Assembly: GCA_016182485.1 (NCBI GenBank)
Contig: JACPGH010000002.1
Coordinates: 26,608-90,607, forward strand
Origin: Candidatus Kaiserbacteria bacterium
Lineage (GTDB): Bacteria > Patescibacteriota > Minisyncoccia > Phycocordibacterales > Phycocordibacteraceae
Direction of reading: 5' to 3'
DNA: 64,000 bases
Position numbers and translations under genes: made by a program
Notes under the pieces: model-generated
The model's input: only the letters and a program-made list of their open reading frames with translations
The model's database searches: none
What the model was told of the DNA's origin: nothing
Shown here: positions 1 to 8,669 of the stretch, one piece after another
How positions within the stretch are numbered: position 1 is the stretch's first letter
Layout: every line of letters starts with the position of its first letter

Positions 1-1
1 T

Positions 2-1429
2 CCCGCGCCTACTCCGACTCCGGCACCGACTCCGACGCCTGTTCCTACTCCTACGCCCACTCCGGTTTCTACTGTAAGCATCACTGCCAATACGTGGGTG
101 AAGGTTGCCGCTCCGCAGTACCCGGGGTCTTTCGGTTCGGGATACGGTTCAAAGCATGTTGCATTCGCCTACAATTCCCGGGACGGCAAGATATATATGT
201 GGGGCGGCGATTACTGCACCTCGGAGGACGGCACGTGCAATAGCCGCGAGCAGCTCTGGAGTTACAGTATCGCCACCAATACCTGGGAGAGAGTCCTAGA
301 CTACACAACCTCCAAAAAGGCGGGCTATCCGACGGGTCGCTGCATTCCCGGATTCGCCTACGATTCGAAGCGCAATGTCTTCTGGATGACCGCTGGGCAG
401 GAGAGGAATCAAGGCGGATACGCCCCCGGGCTGGTAAGCGGAGGCCTTTGGGCTTTCGATCCAGTTGGGAAAAAGTGGTTCCGAGAAGGACCCGGTCCCG
501 AGACGCAAAGCAGCAGAGTGAATGTCTTTTCCGACGAGCTGTACACCATGGTCTATGACGCCGCTGGAGACAAACTCGTCGCGATCGCCAAGGATGAAAG
601 CGCCGGGAACAGCGCGAAGATAGTGGAGTATTCTCTCGCCGGAGTCACGGTAGGTGACGGTCAGACGAACGACAACTGGAGCTGGGGGCCGGCGTTCGAG
701 TCCGGCTGGTTCGCAACGGCGGGGATCCAAGGCAAGGGCTTCACGCTCGACACGCGCAGAAATCGCGTCATCATCTATGACCCGGGGAATATATACGAAA
801 TGACGAAGACCGCGACGTGGAGCTATGACCTGAATACCAAGCAGCTGACAAGAATCAACACTCAGAACCTTCCCGCAAAAAGTCAGTTCGGAATGGAGTA
901 CGACTCCGTGAACGACGTAGTCGTCATGTTCGCGGGCGCGGATAACTTCGAGGGTTCGCCGGCGACTCAAATGAATGAACTCTGGGTCTTGGATTTCAGC
1001 ACGAACCAATGGACCAAGAAGGTTCTCGCTGGAACGCCGCCCTCCGGCAGAAAGGGAGAACAGATGGCCTATGACGCCCGTAGCAACGCCTTCATGATAA
1101 TGGGAGGCACTGGCGACATGGGAAGCGATGCGGATACCGTTTTCCTCTTCCGTCTCAGTCTCGGCTCAACTCCCACTCCAACAATCACTCCCGCTCCCGC
1201 GCCCACTCCAGCACCCGCACCTGCTCCCGCGCCAACTCCGACTCCGTCCACGACGTTCAGCATCGGAGACAGAGTCCGGACCACGGCGAATCTCAACGTG
1301 CGCGCCACCGCCTCAGCGACCGGCACGCTGCTCGGCACTCAGGCTATAAGCGCCCAAGGCACCATCATCGGAGGCCCGACCTTCGCCAATAACTTCTGGT
1401 GGTGGAATGTGAACTACGATACCGGCTGA
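2..1429 (+). CDS. Large secreted/surface Kelch-like beta-propeller protein with Pro/Thr linkers and an SH3b-like domain (5'-partial; frameshifted into the next ORF)
   Basis: The frame is open from the window edge (PAPTPTPAPTPT...). Repeated 'AYDSKRN/YDAAGD/YDSVND/YDARSN' and 'WGG/MGG' propeller motifs; C-terminal 'GDRVRTTANLNVRATAS...WWNVNYDTG' is SH3b-like. Confidence 0.75.
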   Translation, partial: PAPTPTPAPTPTPVPTPTPTPVSTVSITANTWVKVAAPQYPGSFGSGYGSKHVAFAYNSRDGKIYMWGGDYCTSEDGTCNSREQLWSYSIATNTWERVLDYTTSKKAGYPTGRCIPGFAYDSKRNVFWMTAGQERNQGGYAPGLVSGGLWAFDPVGKKWFREGPGPETQSSRVNVFSDELYTMVYDAAGDKLVAIAKDESAGNSAKIVEYSLAGVTVGDGQTNDNWSWGPAFESGWFATAGIQGKGFTLDTRRNRVIIYDPGNIYEMTKTATWSYDLNTKQLTRINTQNLPAKSQFGMEYDSVNDVVVMFAGADNFEGSPATQMNELWVLDFSTNQWTKKVLAGTPPSGRKGEQMAYDARSNAFMIMGGTGDMGSDADTVFLFRLSLGSTPTPTITPAPAPTPAPAPAPAPTPTPSTTFSIGDRVRTTANLNVRATASATGTLLGTQAISAQGTIIGGPTFANNFWWWNVNYDTG

Positions 1430-2546
1430 CGGCTGGAGCGTCGAAGACTACCTAGATAAGGCTCCGGTGCCCGCTCCAACCCCCGCCCCTGTTCCTGCAC
1501 CGGCTCCGGTGCCAGCACCCGCCCCTAACTCGTCAAATGTTATCGACTCTCTCCAGCCGGGACGGTGGGCAATGATCCCCAATTCCCGAATGGATGCGGT
1601 AGATCCTTGCCCCGCCAGGAACTGTTCTTGGTCGGGCACCTTAGGTCTCGAGGGGATTATGGCGGCGTGGAGCGGAGGCATCTTCGACCCGTCGAGGAAC
1701 CGTCTCGTAATCTGGGGCGGCGGCCACGGAGATTATGCGGGGAATGAAATATACGCGTTCGATGTTAATTCGCTTTCGTGGCAGAGAGTAACCAACCCGA
1801 GCACTCCATATCCGTTCGGAAATCCGCCATCCAACCCGGTAAATAGCGACGGGACGCCTGCTTCCCTTCACACTTATGACGGTTTAGCGTATCTGCCCGG
1901 TTCCGATTCTCTCTTCGCTGTCGGCGGGAGCAAATGGCCCGGAGGAGAGCCCAGCAATCTCACATGGACCTTCAACTTCGGGACTTCGCGCTGGACTAAG
2001 AGAGCGGACGCTCCGTACCCGGGGGTCGACCTAGTGACCGCCTATGATCCTGCGAGCGGGAAAGTGTATGCCGCCGGACCGTTCTCCAATCAACCTCTCA
2101 TCGAGTACGACCCGGTGAATAACGTCTGGACGGGCAGGGGCGATCCTATCGACTACGGAGGGATGAACGCGGCTTTCGATCCGGTGAGGAAGAAGATGGT
2201 TGTCATCGGCCGAGGGAGAGCGTTCGCGTATAACCTGAACGTCGGAGGCTTCTCGGCGAAACAAAGCATATCTCCCGGCGCCTGCGCCGCCGGCGAGGCT
2301 CCGGGCATAGCGTATGACTCGACCAGAGACAGGATCGTCGCCTGGAGCGGGGGAACGAAAGTCTGCGTGCTCGACCCGAACTCTAATTCGTGGACCACGA
2401 TCCAAGCCGAGCCGGGAAATTCCGTAACCCCCACCGCTCCCGTAGAGGCAGGCACCTATGGCCGGTTCCAGTACGTGCCGTCGAAGAACGCCTTCATCCT
2501 GGTCAACGGAGTCAACCAGAACGTCTACGCCTACAAGATGCCATAA
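1425..2546 (+). CDS. C-terminal part of the same Kelch-repeat surface protein (second beta-propeller)
   Basis: The frame upstream of the called GTG (1467) reads ADGWSVEDYLDK, which completes the SH3b-like domain of the previous ORF. It is followed by a PAPT linker and a 'WGGGHGDYAGNEIYAFD' propeller. Confidence 0.7.
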   Translation, partial: ADGWSVEDYLDKAPVPAPTPAPVPAPAPVPAPAPNSSNVIDSLQPGRWAMIPNSRMDAVDPCPARNCSWSGTLGLEGIMAAWSGGIFDPSRNRLVIWGGGHGDYAGNEIYAFDVNSLSWQRVTNPSTPYPFGNPPSNPVNSDGTPASLHTYDGLAYLPGSDSLFAVGGSKWPGGEPSNLTWTFNFGTSRWTKRADAPYPGVDLVTAYDPASGKVYAAGPFSNQPLIEYDPVNNVWTGRGDPIDYGGMNAAFDPVRKKMVVIGRGRAFAYNLNVGGFSAKQSISPGACAAGEAPGIAYDSTRDRIVAWSGGTKVCVLDPNSNSWTTIQAEPGNSVTPTAPVEAGTYGRFQYVPSKNAFILVNGVNQNVYAYKMP

Positions 2547-2551
2547 GAAGA

Positions 2552-2582
2552 AGAACGCCGCGCGATATGTCGCGCGGCGTTC
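2552..2582. terminator. Hairpin between convergent genes (likely terminator)
   Basis: GAACGCCGCGCGA-TATG-TCGCGCGGCGTTC inverted repeat. Confidence 0.6.
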
Positions 2583-2596
2583 CCGCTTGAGCTAAA

Positions 2597-3532
2597 TCAG
2601 GCTCCCTCTGAAAGGATCCAGTGCAGGAGCGCCATGCGGATGACGAGGCCATTCGCCACCTGACGAAAGTAGGCGGCGCGCGGGTCGGTGTCTACCTCGA
2701 CGCTGATCTCATGCACTCGCGGAAGCGGATGCATGATGATCATGTCGTCCCGCATCTTGCCCGCGGTATCCGCGTTGATCACATAGCGGTCGGCGATCGC
2801 CTCATAGAGCTCCGCACTCATGCGCTCCTTCTGGACGCGGGTCCAGTAGAGGACGTCGCACTCCGATGCGGCAGGGAAGAGGTCCTCTGTTTCTGAGAAC
2901 CGAACGCCGTGCCGATCGAGATACGCCTTGATGTCGTCGCCGATGCGGCACACCGAGGGCGAGATGAACACCACCGAAACGCCCGTGAATTTCCCGAGCA
3001 GGTAGGCGAGGGAGCGCGCCGTGCGCCCGTGCGCGAGATCGCCGCCGATCGCGATCGTGAGGCCGTCCACTTTCCCTTTCTCGCGCTGGATCGTGTAGAG
3101 GTCGAGGAGCGCCTGCGTAGGATGCTGTCCGGTACCGTCACCGGCGTTGATAACCGGAACGGAGGAGACCGATATGGCTCGCGCGGCCGCTCCGGTTTCT
3201 TTGTGCCGAAGGGCGATGACGTCGGGTCCGAGCGCGCAGAGGACACGGAAGGTGTCCTCCAGCGTTTCTCCCTTGATGGCGGACGAGAACTGCGCCGCGC
3301 TCTCGGTCGAGACGATCTTCATCCCGAGGCGTGAACCGGCGGTTTCGAACGAGAGGCGCGTCCTAGTCGAGGGTTCATAGAAGATGGTAAAAAGAACCTC
3401 GTTCTCGTGGAGCTTCGTGAGCTCGCGCCTTCCAGACGAGCTTCCGAGCGCTTCGTGCATCCGATCCGCATCTTGGAAGAGCCTCTGGAGAAGCTGCCGC
3501 GTGAACTGTTGACTCTCAGTGACGTGTCTCAT
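2597..3532 (-). CDS. pyrB: Aspartate carbamoyltransferase catalytic subunit
   Basis: FYEPSTRTRLSF, NAGDG-GQHPTQALLD, GDLAHGRTARSL and HPLPR motifs. Confidence 0.95.
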   Translation of the reverse strand: MRHVTESQQFTRQLLQRLFQDADRMHEALGSSSGRRELTKLHENEVLFTIFYEPSTRTRLSFETAGSRLGMKIVSTESAAQFSSAIKGETLEDTFRVLCALGPDVIALRHKETGAAARAISVSSVPVINAGDGTGQHPTQALLDLYTIQREKGKVDGLTIAIGGDLAHGRTARSLAYLLGKFTGVSVVFISPSVCRIGDDIKAYLDRHGVRFSETEDLFPAASECDVLYWTRVQKERMSAELYEAIADRYVINADTAGKMRDDMIIMHPLPRVHEISVEVDTDPRAAYFRQVANGLVIRMALLHWILSEGA

Positions 3533-4407
3533 ACGGCCGGTTGCGATTGCGTGTGCGCGGCGAAGCGCGCCATGAGGTCGCGGGTAACGGCGCCGGGTTC
3601 CCCCGATCCGATCGTATGCGCCCCGATCGAGACGATAGGCACGATATCTTTGAACGAAGAGGTGATGAACGCTTCATCGGCGGCGAACAATTCTGCGAGC
3701 ATAACCGGCCGCTCTTCTACCTGATATGCGCCCCGGGCGAGTTCGATGGTTACATTGCGCGTTATCCCTTTCAGCACGCCGGCATCGGGCGTTATCACCG
3801 CGCTGTCTTTTACGATAAAAATATTGCTCGTTGCGCATTCGAGCACTCGCTCGCCGCTCGTGTAAAGGATCTCGACCGCGCCGTCGGCCTTGCGTTTATC
3901 CTGCAGGGTGACCGCAGTGATGTAGCCGATCGTCTTCGCCTCGGGCATGAAGCGCAAGTGGTCGTGCTGTATCAGGTGCCCGCCGCGTTCATAGAGTACC
4001 TCGGGTAATGGCGCGAATTCCTCCGCGGTAATATAGAGCGTCTCGCGCCCCGGCACATGCTCGATGCCGCCCTCGGCCTCGCCGCCTGTCAGTATCATGC
4101 GGATGTTCGCGCGCTCGCCCAGCACCAAATTAGATTTGGTGCTGGGCGAGCCGTCAGTATTGCGCTTGATAAGCTCGCGCATCGCTTCGAGAACCTCGCC
4201 GCTCGAGTAGGGGAGGGTAAGGCCGAGCGGCTTCGCCGATCGCTCGAATCGTTCCCAGTGCGCGTCGAAATGGAACGGCTCGCCGCGAAAAGCGGTAATG
4301 CCTTCATAAATCCCGAATCCGCGCAGCACTCCTAGGTCAAGCACTCCGATTTTCGCCTCTTTGAGCGGCACCACATTCCCGTTCAGCCAGCAGAGTTGTT
4401 CTTTCAT
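3529..4407 (-). CDS. Class IV PLP aminotransferase (branched-chain/D-amino acid type)
   Basis: WLNG, GFGIYEG, EAKT (PLP Lys), E-ATSNIF, LKGITR and ADEAFITSS motifs; ATGA overlap with pyrB. Confidence 0.9.
   Translation of the reverse strand: MKEQLCWLNGNVVPLKEAKIGVLDLGVLRGFGIYEGITAFRGEPFHFDAHWERFERSAKPLGLTLPYSSGEVLEAMRELIKRNTDGSPSTKSNLVLGERANIRMILTGGEAEGGIEHVPGRETLYITAEEFAPLPEVLYERGGHLIQHDHLRFMPEAKTIGYITAVTLQDKRKADGAVEILYTSGERVLECATSNIFIVKDSAVITPDAGVLKGITRNVTIELARGAYQVEERPVMLAELFAADEAFITSSFKDIVPIVSIGAHTIGSGEPGAVTRDLMARFAAHTQSQPAV
4113..4151. repeat. 39-bp palindrome inserted in frame in the aminotransferase gene
   Basis: GCTCGCCCAGCACCAAAT-TAG-ATTTGGTGCTGGGCGAGC; encodes ...GSPSTKSNLVLGER... 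Confidence 0.75.
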
Positions 4408-4524
4408 TCGCGCCAGTATAGCAGTATTTAAGATTGTATTCTCACTTTTGAAAATATCAAAATGGTCCTATAGGACAGAAATGATGAATATACAGCTCTA
4501 AAGGTGCTGAGATCTGCTTCGCGG

Positions 4525-4614
4525 TGCCGAGGGTGGGGGTCGAACCCACATGAAGGTTTTTGGGCCCTCTCAGCGTTTTAAGCGCTGTGCGTCTGCCAAT
4601 TCCGCCACCTCGGC
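4525..4614 (-). tRNA. tRNA-Leu(TAA)
   Basis: Reverse complement GCCGAGGTGGCGGAATTGGCAGACGCACAGCGC-TTAAAA-CGCTG, long variable arm, GGTTCGACCCC...CTCGGCA; CCA not encoded. Confidence 0.93.
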
Positions 4615-4759
4615 GAAGTGAGGAAGTAAAAAGATGCTAGCATCTTTTTACTCTCCGAACGAGCCGAAGTATGTACTCATACCTCGGCTTGCCCTTCGTA
4701 GCTTTAGCGAAGAAGGACGTACTTTTTATGATACCAGCACTCTGCTATTGTGGAAGAAC

Positions 4760-4831
4760 GGCCCGGTGGCGAAGAAGCAACGCGACGGTCTGCAAAACCG
4801 TTATGCGAGGGTGCGAATCCCTCCCGGGCCT
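4760..4831 (+). tRNA. tRNA-Cys(GCA)
   Basis: GGCCCGG...ACGGT-CTGCAAA-ACCGT...GAGGGTGCGAATCCCTC-CCGGGCC-T; acceptor stem pairs; CCA not encoded. Confidence 0.92.
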
Positions 4832-5140
4832 CTAGGAATGTTCAGGGTCGAGCAGGAAGTCCACGCGCGGGAGGCGCAAATGCGCCGTGTGATGCTTCAA
4901 ATGATCCGAGAAGGCCTCGCGCTGCCGCTCGAGAAATGCGAGGGCGGCGCTAGTCTTCTCGATAGGAAAAACGCTCACGAACACGTGCATCCGCTCGCCG
5001 TGGGCGACTGACTCCGCGCGGATCACCGTGATGAGGGATTCCGTGCCGGCTTCCTGCGCGATAAAGCGCGCCGCTTCGCGCGCGATAAGCGCGGTAACGC
5101 GGCCGGCCTCTCGAGCGCCGTTTTTTGGGCCGTCCGTCAT
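4832..5140 (-). CDS. rbfA: Ribosome-binding factor A (divergent)
   Basis: Directly downstream of infB with overlap; 'LITVIRAE...VFVSVFP...LRLPRVDFLLD' RbfA pattern. Confidence 0.8.
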   Translation of the reverse strand: MTDGPKNGAREAGRVTALIAREAARFIAQEAGTESLITVIRAESVAHGERMHVFVSVFPIEKTSAALAFLERQREAFSDHLKHHTAHLRLPRVDFLLDPEHS

Positions 5141-6606
5141 GATGCGGAAATTACGAAAGCAATTAGCGTGTCTCCCGGCGCCGCGCTCTCGCGGCTCTCT
5201 ATCTCCGCGCCGAAATCGCCTTCGGTTTTAATCTCCTTTACGTCCGCGCGAGCTTGCTGCAAATTCCGAATGCTTCCGCGTCCGATCTCAACGTCGCGGC
5301 GGAGGATCTTGATACGGTTGCCGGTTGTGAGAGTCCCGGAGACGTAGCGCGCGCCGAGCACCTGCTTCTTCGCTCCTGAAGAGAAGGTCTTCGCGACCGT
5401 GGCGCGGCCGAGTTCCTGTTCGGACTCGACAATCGGAGCGCGCTCGGCAAGCAGTTCCGCTACCTTCTCGGATAGCTTATAAATTATAGAGAAGGTGAAT
5501 ATCCCGATAGTCTCGCGTTCCGCGAGATCGCGCGCGATAGGATCAGTCGAGACATTGAACGCAATGACGGCTCCGCGCGCGGCCTGCGCCAGCCGCACAT
5601 CATTTTCCGAGACGCTGCCGACGCCGCTTCCGATTATCCGGAGGGCTGTCCGTTCGTGCTTCACCTTGCGCAGTTCGTGGATAATCGCGTCAATCGAGCC
5701 CGCTACATCCGCCTTGATCACGAGCGGCAGTTCAGAGAGGCCTTCGCTGTCCGTGGCTTGTTCGCTTGCCGATGCTATCGCATTCGCGTTCTCACTGGCA
5801 AGCTTTTCCGCTTCTTTCTTTGTTTTGACTATGCTGAAAAGGGAGCCGGCCGTCGGCAACTTGCTGAATCCCGAGATGCGCACCGGCGCGGAAGGGCCGG
5901 CTTCCTCGATGCGTGTACCGCGGAAGTCTTCTATGAAGCGGATGGGCGCGTATGCGTCGCCGGCGACCAGGAATCCGGCGAGCCTTAAGGTGCCGTCTTT
6001 CACTATAAGAGTCGCCGAGGCGCCGCGCTTAGGGTCCTGCGTCGATTCGAGCACGAACCCTTCCGCCGAAGCGTCAGGGTCTGCGGAGAGTTCTGCGAGG
6101 TCGGCAGTCAGAAGTACGAGACCGAGAAGCTCCGGCACGCCCTCGCCGCTTTTAGAGGAGATAAGGGCGTAGGCGACATCGCCCCCTAGACCCTCAAGGT
6201 ATATGCCGTTTTCAAGCATGGAGTTTTTCGCGCGTTCTATGTCGGCATTGTTTTTGTCTATTTTTGTTATCGCGACGATATATGGAATGCCAGATTCTTT
6301 GATCGCGGCCAGGGCGTCGAGCGTCTGCGGCATAACGCCCTCATCTGCGGCGACTACGAGAATCGCAATGTCCGCCGCCGCCGCGCCGCGCAGGCGCAGA
6401 GCCTTAAAGGCCTCATGGCCCGGCGTATCGAGGAAGGTGACGGGGCGGTCGTTATGCAGCGCGACATACGCCGCGACGTGCTGAGTAATCCCGCCCGCCT
6501 CGCCAGCCACCACGTTCGTTTTGCGGATGTAGTCGAGAAGCGAGGATTTCCCATGGTCTATGTGGCCCATCACCGCGATGACGGGCGGACGTATCTCCCG
6601 CGCCAT
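5137..6606 (-). CDS. infB: Translation initiation factor IF-2 (short form lacking the N-terminal domain)
   Basis: RPPVIAVMGHIDHGKSSLLD, GGITQH, DTPGHEAF, TKID and IKADVAGS motifs. Confidence 0.96.
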   Translation of the reverse strand: MAREIRPPVIAVMGHIDHGKSSLLDYIRKTNVVAGEAGGITQHVAAYVALHNDRPVTFLDTPGHEAFKALRLRGAAAADIAILVVAADEGVMPQTLDALAAIKESGIPYIVAITKIDKNNADIERAKNSMLENGIYLEGLGGDVAYALISSKSGEGVPELLGLVLLTADLAELSADPDASAEGFVLESTQDPKRGASATLIVKDGTLRLAGFLVAGDAYAPIRFIEDFRGTRIEEAGPSAPVRISGFSKLPTAGSLFSIVKTKKEAEKLASENANAIASASEQATDSEGLSELPLVIKADVAGSIDAIIHELRKVKHERTALRIIGSGVGSVSENDVRLAQAARGAVIAFNVSTDPIARDLAERETIGIFTFSIIYKLSEKVAELLAERAPIVESEQELGRATVAKTFSSGAKKQVLGARYVSGTLTTGNRIKILRRDVEIGRGSIRNLQQARADVKEIKTEGDFGAEIESRESAAPGDTLIAFVISAS

Positions 6607-6630
6607 AGTTTCCTTATTTCATCATAAAAA

Positions 6631-6659
6631 TTGCCTGGCCGCAATCCTTTGGGTAGAAT
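6631..6659 (+). promoter_or_regulatory. Sigma70-type promoter positioned for a leaderless transcript
   Basis: TTGCCT-17 nt-TAGAAT, 6 nt before ATG 6666, with no SD. Confidence 0.6.
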
Positions 6660-6665
6660 CGAGTT

Positions 6666-7862
6666 ATGCGTTCCCGCCGTAAGAGTCATCAGCGAACATA
6701 TCTGGATGCCGCCGCGGGGTGGGACGGGCCTTCGCCACGCCGGAGCGGGCTATGGCCTCGCGGAGGCGGGAATCCGTCGTCGCCGCATGCGGAAGGCCGA
6801 ATGGCCCGAGAGATTCTTGAGGGAGCTCGCACGGTGGTCGCGCGTCTGCTTGAAGTGCAGGCGGACGACGTAATATTCACGAGCGGCGCGACGGAGTCGA
6901 ACGCGCTCGCGATACTGGGAGTTGTAAGGGCTTGCCGCAATCCCGCGGCTCGCCTGCATGTGCTGTATGCGCCCGGCGCGCATGCATCCATCGTTGAGAA
7001 CGTGAAGCTGCTTGCGGCGGAAGGGGCCGAGATCGAGCCTCTGCCGATGCGCGATCGCCAGGTGGACTGCGCCGCGCTCGCGAAACTTTTGCGCCCGAGT
7101 ACAGCACTCGTCACGATGGAGGCCGTCTGCGGCGAGACAGGAGTCATTTGGAATACGCGGGAAGTGGCGAGCGTCATACGCGAGCCATCCCGAGCGCAGC
7201 GAGGGATAATGTTGCATGTTGACGCCTCGCAAGCGCCGCTCACCGAGAAGGTAACGCGCGCGCATTTCGGTGCCGATCTTCTGACTCTTGACGGTTCGAA
7301 GATCGGGGCGGCGCGCGGGGTCGGCGCGCTCATTGCGCATCGCACTATCCCGCTTGCCCCTCTTTATCTAGGCGGCGGTCAGGAGCGCGGCGTGCGGCCG
7401 GGCAGTGAGGCGCCGCATTTGGCAGAAAGCCTCGCCAAGGCTCTAAGTCAGGCCGCGGCCGGCCGCGATGCGTTTCGCATCGCGGCCGAGGCCGCCCGGA
7501 CGGATCTCATTTCCCGCCTCACGGCTGCGATTCCTGACATATATATAAATGAGGGCCGGCCGGGTCGGCAGGTGCCGCACATCTTGAACGTGTCCTTGCC
7601 CGGCCGCGATACGGATTTCCTCGTCGCCCTCCTCGACGAAGCCGGCTTCGCAGTTTCCACAAAGAGCGCCTGCGAGACGGATTCCGAGACTGGTTCTCGA
7701 CCCGTCCTGGTTCTTTTCGGGGACGAAACCCGCGCTCGTTCGACATTAAGGATTTCCTGGAATCCCGAAGCCGATCTCTCGCGTCTCCGCTCTTTCGCGG
7801 ACGCGCTTACGCGAGCAGTCGCATTTTCCGCCGGCGGAGTTGACGATAGGGGCAGTGGGTAG
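6666..7862 (+). CDS. Cysteine desulfurase (IscS/NifS family)
   Basis: YLD, GNPSS, FTSGATES, HVDASQ, DGSK (PLP Lys), GGGQERGVRPGS, STKSAC (catalytic Cys) and LRIS motifs. Confidence 0.9.
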   Translation: MRSRRKSHQRTYLDAAAGWDGPSPRRSGLWPRGGGNPSSPHAEGRMAREILEGARTVVARLLEVQADDVIFTSGATESNALAILGVVRACRNPAARLHVLYAPGAHASIVENVKLLAAEGAEIEPLPMRDRQVDCAALAKLLRPSTALVTMEAVCGETGVIWNTREVASVIREPSRAQRGIMLHVDASQAPLTEKVTRAHFGADLLTLDGSKIGAARGVGALIAHRTIPLAPLYLGGGQERGVRPGSEAPHLAESLAKALSQAAAGRDAFRIAAEAARTDLISRLTAAIPDIYINEGRPGRQVPHILNVSLPGRDTDFLVALLDEAGFAVSTKSACETDSETGSRPVLVLFGDETRARSTLRISWNPEADLSRLRSFADALTRAVAFSAGGVDDRGSG

Positions 7863-7878
7863 CATTATAGATATTGTT

Positions 7879-8646
7879 ATGAATATTGAGGAACTTTCTA
7901 AATCTCAGCTCATACTTCTCACTATCCTCGTCAATTTCGTCATGTCGGTCGCGACCGGCATCGTGACCGTATCGCTCCTCGATCACGCTCCCGCGTATGT
8001 CACGCAGACGGTCAATCGCGTAGTCGAACGCACTATTGAGACAGTGGCGCAGGCGGCGCCCGCTGCTATCATTCAGGCGCCCGCTCCGTCCAATCAGGAT
8101 CTCGTCACTGCCGCCATCGGAGCGGGAGCGGCGCGCGCCGTAACCATCTACGCCGCCGAGACGGGCACTTCGACTCCGGCGATAGCGGTGGGCACGTACC
8201 TGCCGAAGGCGCGCGCCATCGCCACCGCCTCCCAGGATGCGTTGCCGAAAGAGGTTCTTATCAGGTTCACTGACGGCTCGCATATCGCCGCCTCGCTCGC
8301 TCATAAGGGCGACGGGATTTCCATTTACGGCTTCGCCGACAAGGCCGTATTGCCGAAAGCCGCTTCTCCTGCGCTCATCTCGCCAAGCGACTTAAAGCTC
8401 GGGCAGACGGTCCTCGCGCTCTCCGCAGACGGTTCGGCCGCGACCGGGATAGTGGCGCGGGTCGATAAGGAAGGTATCCGCACAACGCTCCCGGACATAG
8501 GCGCCGGCAGCGCGGCGGTAGATCTTGCCGGCAACCTGGTCGGCATAGGCGCCGGAGAGACGCCCGGGCTCCTCCTAAGCGCGAATACCGTAATGAATCT
8601 CCTTACCGCCACGTCTTCTGTCGTAGCTCCAGTCTCGGCTAGATAA
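7879..8646 (+). CDS. Membrane-anchored, degenerate HtrA/trypsin-like protein (probably catalytically inactive)
   Basis: N-terminal TM 'QLILLTILVNFVMSVATGIVTVSL' and 'LKLGQTVLAL...GIV'; 'GAGSAAVDLAGNLVGI' replaces GNSGGP. Start moved to ATG 7879. Confidence 0.65.
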   Translation: MNIEELSKSQLILLTILVNFVMSVATGIVTVSLLDHAPAYVTQTVNRVVERTIETVAQAAPAAIIQAPAPSNQDLVTAAIGAGAARAVTIYAAETGTSTPAIAVGTYLPKARAIATASQDALPKEVLIRFTDGSHIAASLAHKGDGISIYGFADKAVLPKAASPALISPSDLKLGQTVLALSADGSAATGIVARVDKEGIRTTLPDIGAGSAAVDLAGNLVGIGAGETPGLLLSANTVMNLLTATSSVVAPVSAR

Positions 8647-8669
8647 GCATTAACAGCGTAACGTTCACC

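Noticed and set aside
1427-1429. TGA read-through / genetic code 25
   Set aside because: The continuation is in a different frame, and TGA is a normal stop for many genes here (e.g. ATGA overlaps).
1-1530. Tandem DNA repeats at 1-70, 1170-1250 and 1460-1525
   Set aside because: Explained by Pro-Thr/Pro-Ala protein linkers with varied codons.
4634-5011. 125-aa ORF
   Set aside because: Overlaps tRNA-Cys, an intergenic repeat and antisense rbfA.
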